DNA from: Arsukibacterium sp.
GTDB taxonomy: Bacteria; Pseudomonadota; Gammaproteobacteria; Enterobacterales; Alteromonadaceae
Direction: 5' to 3'
Assembly: GCF_033721375.1 (NCBI RefSeq)
Contig: NZ_JAWWAP010000004.1
Span: 240,662-304,661, forward strand
Length of the DNA stretch: 64,000 bases
Under the pieces are notes generated by a model that saw only the letters and a list, made by a program, of their open reading frames with translations, was not told the origin of the DNA and made no database searches. The translations under genes and the position numbers were made by a program. This document shows positions 21,201-28,165 of this stretch, piece by piece; position 1 is the first letter of the stretch, and each line of letters begins with the position of its first letter.

Positions 21201-22274
21201 CCGCAGCTGCGTTATATATTGTTCAGCCTGTTGCTGCCGGCTTTGTTGCCATACCGACACCGTTAGATAGCTGAAAATCAGCGCCAGCAACACGGCGAAA
21301 AAACCATAGGCAATCAGATAACAGAAACTGGCGTATAAGCGGTTAACCGACTGGTTTTTCGGTTGCAGATACATCCGCAGTACCGACCAGACAAAAATCA
21401 GACTGACCAGGGTGGCAAACAGCAACGGAATATTCCAGTAACCACTGCCCTGCTCGGCTAATTGTTGCCGGGGCAGCAAGCCAACCAGATATAACTGCTG
21501 CACCGACTGATCCTCAGCCATGCTGTTTACTGCCACCAGCCCGGCCGCCAGCCGCATCGGATAAATAAACAACCGGTAATCGCCATAAGACAGTTTCATA
21601 TCCAGCTGCACACTGTAACTGGGTAACCTTGGCTCTGGTCGTTGGCCGCTGTCGGTAACTTCACTGAAAAAATCACTGAACTGATGCTTACTCAGCGCTT
21701 CAGTCACACTGGTAAGATTAACAAAAGAAATGGTGGTTTCGCCGCCGGTGCTGGCAAGTACCTGACTGTCTTCGGTAACAAACAGCAGCTGACTGAAGCC
21801 GCGCTCTGGCTCCGGTAAAAAATCAGCATGCTGAATTTCAGCCTCAGTATAACTGACTGTGTCTTTATCCAGCCACTGGTACCAGCGCAGTTGCACCTTG
21901 TCCTGGGTCAGCCAGTACCGGTTAGTGTAGGTTGGGCAATCAGTATTGACATCAGCAGCCTGCTGCGGGCATTTAGCGCTAAGCTTTTGCCGGGTGGTAA
22001 CTTTATAACTGGGAAATAAGGCGCGGATCGCCGTTTCGCTTTCCTGATAGTCATATAAGCTTTGCAGCTTAATCAGGTTTTCAGTGAAAGTACTACCTGC
22101 TTCGGCCAGCACCCTGAAGTAATCCTGGTTTATCACACTACTGCGGGCCTGGGCATAACGGTAATAACCAAATACCATTAATCCCAGTAACGCCGCCATC
22201 AGCAATATCAGACCAGCAATCCGTTTCGGGCCGGTTTTTGGCGGGCGTTGCGTCGACGCAGTGTTGTTGCTCAT
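18261..22274 (-). CDS. large multi-pass membrane protein of unknown function (two Cache-like periplasmic modules, cytoplasmic degenerate NTPase/winged-helix-like region, C-terminal TM tail)
   Basis: A single uninterrupted 1337-codon ORF from the ATG at 22274 (TTG alternative at 22322). Hydrophobic helices lie near residues 20-40, 290-350, 655-780, 905-930 and 1290-1325. It contains an HRDYFKRVRQGNGW segment reminiscent of Cache domains. No catalytic output domain recognised. Confidence 0.8.
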   Translation of the reverse strand: MSNNTASTQRPPKTGPKRIAGLILLMAALLGLMVFGYYRYAQARSSVINQDYFRVLAEAGSTFTENLIKLQSLYDYQESETAIRALFPSYKVTTRQKLSAKCPQQAADVNTDCPTYTNRYWLTQDKVQLRWYQWLDKDTVSYTEAEIQHADFLPEPERGFSQLLFVTEDSQVLASTGGETTISFVNLTSVTEALSKHQFSDFFSEVTDSGQRPEPRLPSYSVQLDMKLSYGDYRLFIYPMRLAAGLVAVNSMAEDQSVQQLYLVGLLPRQQLAEQGSGYWNIPLLFATLVSLIFVWSVLRMYLQPKNQSVNRLYASFCYLIAYGFFAVLLALIFSYLTVSVWQQSRQQQAEQYITQLRAGLTADIKAVFSELQQYGAYYQRHWQGAAPYAELLQPVRQLQKVNYRQLLTDCTSTELIFDFYPQSMQVAADPPCSLRSYYRRDATLTPGRLLSVTLLDAAGRSSLPSVYYLENNAALKIYDLSHRDYFKRVRQGNGWQLDLAGQQFNNVYIQRLLNINNGTRGTTIAMPLMAEPDADSYADAGFVLVADVVLPSVSLAPPPAHGLQFMVVERRSGKVLYHNDNSRTFVENIYYIGSENNLLSQTIKSGEPTGDGIKAGLAGFYHGQPGNFILSGTPVDEWALVLFYPQDHVDAIMSNQFLIFSVSMIVFFLLLITGLQLARRFFNSKQLKNRLTIPLGFDSRRLLLLVSLIWGLVYGFFALRTALQLTIPSAQLNPLLPWLSAALLLVITGCAGLFLRQRKPQAPVIKPVAKLIIAGSVALITLAPFSYLSYISKVPQQALQAHYAKMQCIEFNRERAEIHEFALNRFPNSMTEQRWQPWQLLPVNWSYTEVQQRCADVNSSGMPDDYPKLSTIIGNTYLWQWVKTFLVRVEPLDVPDQALQQLRDSASSVQSAGQLAAVCLRFLLPLGLLLLLWQLYVRRVLWQRLGYNSDFLRHIYQLCQQAQQSPSRRLTAGLHLQLTACPPAGVNLMLLIKQQQLADSDGDNRSPSLPGFAQLYRQSALLRQLNDDSQLQNVSITLQQTRADEPVRVTLSQIETCLDGPRRRQQLLALINELKNLTLLGTLTEFNLVMGFNSLQRLTIKDDLAAAGGSMLEQTEYLAWSECLLNFNVQLPPALAQPLDTEMLQQEITAYPLLGPLPVTTEQLSQQTEDKQSIWRGSDGLSTRQWATLNFILHHADALYRYKWESCSNEEKLALFNLSNGHQLNPLNYLMIEHLAMNGLLRVSRGRLELVNRSFRQFVQNAEPSETLRQLVKVGEAGVWKNYRLSFAVVVVVIVGGIALTSGQSLHIVAASIAGVLGSMISVFSSGSTLRSYFKS

Positions 22275-22470
22275 GTTGCTGGCCTGTCCGTTAGCAGTTA
22301 AGTAATAACGCAAACTCAGCAAATTGCAAACTACAGCAGTCTGCCTCCCCTCTTGTAGTTAGTGACCAATTTCAAATGTTCAGCATTTTTGCTGTTTACG
22401 ATTATCGCTATTGAGCAGTTTGCCGGCTTTGCCTACAATGGCGCACATTTTCTTTATTAAGGCCAATGCC

Positions 22471-22743
22471 ATGAACGATACAACCGCCGATACGGTAAAC
22501 AACGAACAGGCCCGCCCGGAATTACCAGACCGCTTGTCGGTAAACCCGCGCAGCCCGCATTACGTGGAACAGATTTTTCAGTACGATGTCGGTATTAAGC
22601 TAAACGGCAAAGAGCGCTTTGACGTTGAAGAATACTGTATCAGCGAAGGCTGGGTTAAAGCAGCGGCAGCCAAAGCGCTGGACCGTCGCGGCCAACCGTT
22701 ATTAATGACATTAAAAGGCAAAGTAGAAGCTTTTTATCGCTGA
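22471..22743 (+). CDS. DUF3297-family protein
   Basis: 90 aa from the ATG at 22471. LPDRLSVNPRSPHYVEQIFQYDVGIKLNGKERFDVEEYCISEGWVKAA...LKGKVEAFYR matches my recollection of the DUF3297 consensus. Confidence 0.6.
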   Translation: MNDTTADTVNNEQARPELPDRLSVNPRSPHYVEQIFQYDVGIKLNGKERFDVEEYCISEGWVKAAAAKALDRRGQPLLMTLKGKVEAFYR

Positions 22744-22758
22744 TAAAGCAGAGTAAAT

Positions 22759-22815
22759 AACCAATAACCTCAGGGCGTGCTGGCGTTTGGTGGTTATTGG
22801 TTTAATCCTTATTTT
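22759..22815 (+). terminator. possible terminator after the DUF3297 gene
   Basis: An 11-bp stem aaccaataacc/ggttattggtt with a long (22-nt) loop, followed by aatccttattttttt. The loop length is not canonical. Confidence 0.4.
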
Positions 22816-22959
22816 TTTACGCTGGCAGTAATACCTCCCCCCTGGCTATTGCTTATTCGCCTGACAACATGAATAATTTATTCCTGAGCAGATATTTTCC
22901 GGGTTATAGAACACAACGGTGATCTATTAACTGATCCCGGTATCGCCACAGGAGGCAGC

Positions 22960-23703
22960 ATGCTACTTAATTGCGATTTAGGTGAAAGCTTCGGCAGCTG
23001 GACCATGGGCCTCGACAGCCAGGTTATGCCTTATATCGACCAGGCGAATATTGCCTGTGGTTTTCATGCCGGCGACCCTGATGTAATGCAGCGTACGTTG
23101 CAACTGGCAAAACAGCATGGCGTGCAAATTGGCGCTCATCCGGCCTATCCTGATCTTAACGGCTTTGGCCGGCGCAGTATCCAGTGCTCGCACAATGAAA
23201 TTATTAACCTGCTGCATTATCAGATTGCCGCACTGGAAGGCATGGCGCAGTGTTACGGCTTAAGCTTGTGTTACGTAAAACCGCACGGTGCCCTGTATAA
23301 CGATATGATGAGCAAACCGGCAATCTGGCAGGCAGTACTGCAGGCCATTGCCAGCTACCATAAACCGCTGAAACTGATGCTGCTGGCCGATAATAACCGG
23401 CCAACTTATCAGCAACAGGCAGCAGAGCTTAAAGTTGAACTGTTGTTTGAAGCCTTTGCCGATCGCCGCTACACCGATGATGGCAAACTAACGGCGCGCA
23501 GCGAAAAAGGCGCGGTGCTGCATGGCAACGATGTCCTCGCCCAGGTAAATGAGTTAATTAACGATGGCAGTGTTACCACCGCCAGCGGCCAGCGCCTGGC
23601 GCTGCATGCCGATACCCTGTGCGTGCATGGCGATAATCCGGGCGCCGTTGAGCAGGTAGCGCAAATCCGGGCGCTGTTAAACCGCGCTCAGGCAGCAACA
23701 TGA
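22960..23703 (+). CDS. pxpA: 5-oxoprolinase subunit A (LamB/YcsF family)
   Basis: MLLNCDLGESFGSWTMG...IACGFHAGDP...GAHPAYPDLNGFGRR is the LamB/YcsF signature. First gene of a translationally coupled pxpABC set. Confidence 0.9.
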   Translation: MLLNCDLGESFGSWTMGLDSQVMPYIDQANIACGFHAGDPDVMQRTLQLAKQHGVQIGAHPAYPDLNGFGRRSIQCSHNEIINLLHYQIAALEGMAQCYGLSLCYVKPHGALYNDMMSKPAIWQAVLQAIASYHKPLKLMLLADNNRPTYQQQAAELKVELLFEAFADRRYTDDGKLTARSEKGAVLHGNDVLAQVNELINDGSVTTASGQRLALHADTLCVHGDNPGAVEQVAQIRALLNRAQAAT

Positions 23704-24410
23704 CCAGCAGCCAGCCGCTGTACCAGTTAACCCTTGCCGGCGAAAATGCGGTTATGGTCTATTTCGAACAGAAAATGGCGCCGGATATTGCCGGATTAGT
23801 ACAGCAGGCCGCCACGCTTATCCGGGAGGCCCTGGGGCCGCATCTGCTGGAGCTGCTGCCCTCTTATGCCTCGGTTATGGTGGTGTTTAACCCCTTTAGC
23901 TGCGATCATTTTACCGTTAAACACTTGCTGCGTCAGGCCCTTAGCAACCTTAGCGCCAACAAGCAGCAGTCCGGCCGGCGTATTGAGTTGCCGGTTTATT
24001 ACAGCGAGCAAAGCGGCCCCGATCTGGCGCTGATTGCCAGAACCAAACAGCTGACAATTGATGAAGTTATAAAACTGCACCAGCAGCAGATTTACCGGGT
24101 ATATGCCATCGGTTTTGCGCCGGGTTTTGCCTATCTTGGCGAAGTAGCCGAACAACTGGCGATGCCGCGCTTAAAAACACCACGCGCCAAAGTACCCCGC
24201 GGTGCCGTCGCCATTGCTGATCGCCAGACTGCGGTATATCCGGCAGTATCGCCCGGCGGCTGGAATTTAATCGGCCTGTGCCCTACGCCGATGTTTCAAC
24301 CGCATAAGCAGCCGGCAATGCCGGTTGCGGTCGGTGACGAAGTGCAGTTTGTTGCTATCAGCAAAACCGAGTTTTTAGCCCTCGGTGGCGAGATTGGTGG
24401 CGAGCTATGA
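23700..24410 (+). CDS. pxpB: 5-oxoprolinase subunit B (KipI/allophanate hydrolase subunit 1 family)
   Basis: 236 aa with a typical CT_C_D pattern (YRVYAIGFAPGFAYLG...PRGAVAIADRQTAVYP..SPGGWNLIG). Its start overlaps the pxpA stop. Confidence 0.88.
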   Translation: MTSSQPLYQLTLAGENAVMVYFEQKMAPDIAGLVQQAATLIREALGPHLLELLPSYASVMVVFNPFSCDHFTVKHLLRQALSNLSANKQQSGRRIELPVYYSEQSGPDLALIARTKQLTIDEVIKLHQQQIYRVYAIGFAPGFAYLGEVAEQLAMPRLKTPRAKVPRGAVAIADRQTAVYPAVSPGGWNLIGLCPTPMFQPHKQPAMPVAVGDEVQFVAISKTEFLALGGEIGGEL

Positions 24411-25429
24411 GCCATTTTCAGGTACTTAACCCCGGCGTCCTCAGCCTTATTCAGGACAACGGCCGCTTTGGCCAGAGCCAGCTTGGCTTAACCAACGGCG
24501 GCCCGCTCGATGTCGGCTCGGCGCGCCTGGCGAATGCCCTGGTAGGAAACGGTGCCAATGCTCTTGTTGGTAACGGTGCCCTGGTAGGTAATACTAATAC
24601 AACTACCGCCAATGCCAGCTTAATAGAATGCAGCATCGGTGGCCTGCAACTGCAGGCCCACTGCGCCACTACTTTTGCCGTTACCGGCGCCAGGGTAGCG
24701 CTGACTGTAAATGGCCAGCCAAAAGCGCTGTGGCAAAGTCATTCTGTGCAAAGCGGCGATATTATCGAGCTGGGTATGGCAAGCCAGGGCCTGCGCGCTT
24801 ATTTAGCAGTGGCCGGCGGCTTTACCATTACTCCGCAGTTTGGCAGTAGCGCCACGGTTATGCGTGAGGGTATCGGCGGCCTGGATCAAAACGGCGCCAA
24901 ACTGCAGCCTGGCGATAAGCTGCCATTAACCACCAGCACTGCCCTGCCAGGCCGGAGTTTAGCTAAAGCGCTGCAACCCGATTTTAATTTCAGCAAAGGC
25001 CTTACCCTGCGTCTGATTGAGGGTTATCAGAGCCCATTATTCAGTACAGTTGAGCGCCAGCGCTTTTATCTTAATAGCTATACTGTTACTCCAAAAGCCG
25101 ACCGGATGGGCGTTACACTTAGCGGCCCGGCTATCAGCTGCAGTAGCACCAGCCTGTTATCTGAAGGAATCTGTTATGGCGCGGTGCAAATACCCCCTGA
25201 TGGCCAGCCAATTGTACTACTTAATGATCGACAGACCCTGGGCGGCTATCCGAAAATAGGCAGCGTGCTGTCACTCGACTGCTGGCAACTGGCCCAGGCC
25301 CCTGCCGGCACCGTATTACAGTTTGTTAAAACCGACCCGCAGCAAGCCCATAATGCGCTGTTGCTGGCGCAGGCCCGTTATCAGCGAATGCTGCAACAAC
25401 TTGACGGAGTGACAAATGCCAACTGCTGA
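24407..25429 (+). CDS. pxpC: 5-oxoprolinase subunit C (KipA/allophanate hydrolase subunit 2 family)
   Basis: Aligns with E. coli PxpC/YbgK (LSLIQDNGRFGQSQLGLTNGGPLD, SDRMGVTL, GAVQIPPDGQPIVLLNDRQTLGGYPKIG). Contains an in-frame tandem duplication at 24533-24592. Confidence 0.88.
   Translation: MSHFQVLNPGVLSLIQDNGRFGQSQLGLTNGGPLDVGSARLANALVGNGANALVGNGALVGNTNTTTANASLIECSIGGLQLQAHCATTFAVTGARVALTVNGQPKALWQSHSVQSGDIIELGMASQGLRAYLAVAGGFTITPQFGSSATVMREGIGGLDQNGAKLQPGDKLPLTTSTALPGRSLAKALQPDFNFSKGLTLRLIEGYQSPLFSTVERQRFYLNSYTVTPKADRMGVTLSGPAISCSSTSLLSEGICYGAVQIPPDGQPIVLLNDRQTLGGYPKIGSVLSLDCWQLAQAPAGTVLQFVKTDPQQAHNALLLAQARYQRMLQQLDGVTNANC
24533..24592 (+). repeat. in-frame 24-bp tandem duplication within pxpC
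   Basis: aatgccctggtaggaaacggtgcc / aatgctcttgttggtaacggtgcc / ctggtaggtaat encodes NALVGNGA-NALVGNGA-LVGN. The two full units differ only at synonymous positions. Confidence 0.85.
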
Positions 25430-26288
25430 TTTGCTACAGCTTAGCCAGCAAATAGAACAGTTACTGGTCGCCCGTAATTTACGTGGCATGCAGCTGCTGC
25501 AGCAACAGCTGCGCCCCGGCTATATCCTGCGCACAGCCCGGCTAATAAATCAGTGCCAGGGTACGGTATTAATTGGCACCGGTTTTCCGGTACTCGATAC
25601 CTTTGAAACCGATGGCCCGGTTGGCGCCATTGCGCTGTATCAGCTACTGGAGCAACTGGGAGCCAAACCGGTGCTGATAAGCGGTAATCCGCTGTGCAGC
25701 GTACTGGCCAGCCGCTATCTTACTTATCAGATTAGCGTTAATCAGCAGCACAACCTGCCGGCAATTGCCAGCGCGGCATTGGCAGAACTGCAGCCACAGT
25801 TAATTATCTCCATTGAACGGCCCGGTTTTACCGCCAATAATCGTTACGCCAATATGCGTGGCGAAGATATTACCGAGCGCTGCGCCAGTTTCGACCATTT
25901 TTTAAGCCTGGCTGGCTGCCCCACTATTGGTATTGGCGATGGCGGCAATGAAATTGGCATGGGCAATATGGCAGAGTTTTTAGGCCAGCTGAATATTACC
26001 CCGGCCGTAACCGAATGCGACGAGCTTGTAGTTGCCGACGTGTCTAACTGGGCAGCCTGGGGTATTATTGCCATGGTATCAGTACTACAGGGCCGCGATT
26101 TATTGAGCGGCGCAAACCCGCTGGCCATTTTGCAGTTTTTATCAGCCCACGGCAGTGTTGATGGCGTCACCCGGTTAAATACGTTAACTGAAGATGGCCT
26201 GGCCCATACTGAAGGCGAGCAACTGATTAATGAATTAAAAGCTCTGGTTGAAGAACCAAATCGAGTTGCCCACGCCAACACGCCGTAA
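25416..26288 (+). CDS. DUF4392-family protein (D-glutamate cyclase-like accessory domain)
   Basis: 290 aa. GTGFPVLDTFETDGPVGA and IGIGDGGNEIGMGN resemble the DUF4392 conserved blocks as I recall them. The start overlaps the pxpC end by 14 nt. The last roughly 10 codons and the stop lie inside repeat element 26258-26354. Confidence 0.65.
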   Translation: MPTADLLQLSQQIEQLLVARNLRGMQLLQQQLRPGYILRTARLINQCQGTVLIGTGFPVLDTFETDGPVGAIALYQLLEQLGAKPVLISGNPLCSVLASRYLTYQISVNQQHNLPAIASAALAELQPQLIISIERPGFTANNRYANMRGEDITERCASFDHFLSLAGCPTIGIGDGGNEIGMGNMAEFLGQLNITPAVTECDELVVADVSNWAAWGIIAMVSVLQGRDLLSGANPLAILQFLSAHGSVDGVTRLNTLTEDGLAHTEGEQLINELKALVEEPNRVAHANTP

Positions 26289-26354
26289 ATACATCCCTGT
26301 AGGCTCGTTTCCGCCCGTCCAGGGCTTCAACGGTCGGCTTAGGGCAAATCGATT
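26258..26354. repeat. palindromic intergenic element, family 2, copy A (about 97 bp)
   Basis: About 83 nt (cacgccaacacgccgtaaat...ttccgcccgtccagggcttcaacggtcggcttagggcaaatcgat) match 35774-35856 with roughly a dozen mismatches. The terminal arms aatcgagttgccc and gggcaaatcgatt are inverted repeats. Confidence 0.65.
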
Positions 26355-26409
26355 CGTTTTAAAAAGTTCGTATCAGGTTCCGCACAACCGATTTTAAAGT
26401 GAGAACAGC

Positions 26410-27276
26410 ATGAGCATAGTGTATTTAAATGGTGATTTTATCCCGGCCGCAGAGGCCAGAATTTCACCGATGGATCGCGGTTTTTTATTTGGCGACGGCA
26501 TTTACGAAGTTATCCCCAGCTACAATGGTCGCTTTGTCGGCTTTAAGCCGCATATCGCCCGCATGCAGGATGGCCTGGCCCAACTGTCAATTGAACCTGG
26601 TTTGGCGCTTGCCGACTGGCAAAGCATTTGCCAGCGCCTGCTTACTGATAACCGTGCTACCAATGGCGATAATCAGGCAGTGTATATTCAGGTTAGCCGC
26701 GGTACCGATACCAAGCGTAACCATGCATTTCCGGCTAATATCAAAGCCACCGTCTTTGCCTATGCCTTCCCAATCGCCGCCGAACCGGTGGCCGATAAAA
26801 GTAAAGCTACCACTTTTAATGTTGTCACCGGCCAGGATTTGCGCTGGCAGCGCTGCCATATTAAATCAACATCATTGCTGGGCAACGTGTTGCATTATCA
26901 GCAGGGGTACGCCAGTGGCGCCCAGGAAATACTGCTGTTTGATAAAGACGGCAACTTAACCGAGGGCGCTGCAGTAAATGTGTTTGTTATAAAAGACGGC
27001 GTTATCGCCACGCCGCCGCTTACCACTAAATTACTGCCAGGTATTACCCGCTTATTGCTATTAAATATTCTGCGCAAACACAGCAGCATCAAAGTAGAAG
27101 AGCGCGATATTTCCGAGCAGGAAGTATTCGCCGCCGACGAAATCTGGCTTACCAGCTCCAGCAAGGAAATAGCGCCGGTACTCAAAGTAAACGAGCATAC
27201 GGTAGGCACAGGCGAAGTTGGCGATGTCTGGCTGGCGGCGCAACAGCTATTTAGCGCCCATAAGTATGATGAGTAA
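26410..27276 (+). CDS. dat: D-amino-acid (D-alanine) aminotransferase, fold-type IV PLP enzyme
   Basis: DRGFLFGDGIYEVIPSYNG and especially DLRWQRCHIKSTSLLGNVL parallel Bacillus Dat (DIRWLRCDIKSLNLLGAVL, with the catalytic Lys). 288 aa. Confidence 0.82.
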   Translation: MSIVYLNGDFIPAAEARISPMDRGFLFGDGIYEVIPSYNGRFVGFKPHIARMQDGLAQLSIEPGLALADWQSICQRLLTDNRATNGDNQAVYIQVSRGTDTKRNHAFPANIKATVFAYAFPIAAEPVADKSKATTFNVVTGQDLRWQRCHIKSTSLLGNVLHYQQGYASGAQEILLFDKDGNLTEGAAVNVFVIKDGVIATPPLTTKLLPGITRLLLLNILRKHSSIKVEERDISEQEVFAADEIWLTSSSKEIAPVLKVNEHTVGTGEVGDVWLAAQQLFSAHKYDE

Positions 27277-27295
27277 GCAGATCTCTAACTCGCCA

Positions 27296-27372
27296 CCGAA
27301 TCCCCCCTCTTTGCCAAAGAGTGAGCACTAACCCGTCCCACTTTAGCAAAGGGCGACCACAGGGGGATTTGC
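27296..27372. repeat. hairpin-rich REP-like element downstream of dat
   Basis: The outer inverted repeat aatccccc...gggggatt encloses two small palindromes (ctctttgccaaagag and ctttagcaaag). Only one copy occurs in the window. Confidence 0.4.
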
Positions 27373-27691
27373 TTTGATCTCAGGCCGGTTAATTGTATTC
27401 TGACCCCGATTTTTTTGCTGGATTTTTAGCCACTGGTACGATCAATCAACAGGATCCTGCGATCAAAAACCGGAACAGTCAGCAAAAAGGCCAAAAAATA
27501 AATTTTTTAACTAATACCTTTGTACTATAAAAAAGCGTGGCCGCAGCCCCTTTAAAAAACTATTTTTCTATTTAAGATAATAACTTAGCTATTTTTCGAT
27601 TATTAATTAACATTTAGCTTGCGCTACCCTGAAAAATCACCAAAATAGACATCAGCCCCCACGGCTAATTAAATCCTCAGGAGAAGTAAAA

Positions 27692-28093
27692 ATGAAACGT
27701 ACACAACAAGGTTTTACCTTAATTGAATTAATGATCGTGGTAGCGATCATCGGTATTTTAGCTGCAGTAGCACTGCCAGCTTATCGTGAATATGTAGCCA
27801 CCTCATACGGCGGCCAGGCGATGAAAGCTGTTTCATCTTATGTAAGTAAAATGCAAGCATGTGTTCAAACAGGTATTGGTTGCCAATCATTAAATGATGA
27901 AGTTACAGCTGAGCCTAAGCTTGCTTCAGGTGGCACTATCGAAGAAGCATTAGCAGCTGAGTTAACTTGGACAAATGACGGCTGTATTTTAACAGCAAAC
28001 TTAACTGCCCCTGGCGTATTAACTTATACCGCTACAGGTGTAGGCACAACTACTACTGCACAATGCGAAAAAGGTGCAGGTTTAGATAGCTAA
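27692..28093 (+). CDS. pilA: type IVa major pilin
   Basis: [34 protein letters not shown] is the class III signal with Gly-1, Phe+1 and Glu+5. 133 aa with four Cys, including a C-terminal pair. It ends ...GAGLDS. Good RBS (aggagaag). Confidence 0.93.
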   Translation: MKRTQQGFTLIELMIVVAIIGILAAVALPAYREYVATSYGGQAMKAVSSYVSKMQACVQTGIGCQSLNDEVTAEPKLASGGTIEEALAAELTWTNDGCILTANLTAPGVLTYTATGVGTTTTAQCEKGAGLDS

Positions 28094-28107
28094 TATCTAC
28101 TTGACTA

Positions 28108-28144
28108 AAGAAGCACTTCGGTGAGCGAAGTGCTTCTTTTTTTA
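28108..28144 (+). terminator. rho-independent terminator after pilA
   Basis: A 12-bp stem agaagcacttcg / cgaagtgcttct with loop gtga, followed by a run of seven T. Confidence 0.85.
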
Positions 28145-28165
28145 CCTCAAGGTGTAGTTTAAAAC

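Noticed and set aside
27540-27691. A sigma-54 promoter upstream of pilA, as is common for type IV pilin genes.
   Set aside because: I scanned for GG-N10-GC with TGGCAC/TTGC context. The only TTGC (agcttgcg, near 27617) has AA where the -24 GG should be, and the tggccgcag site near 27538 lacks a -12 GC. No supportable site.
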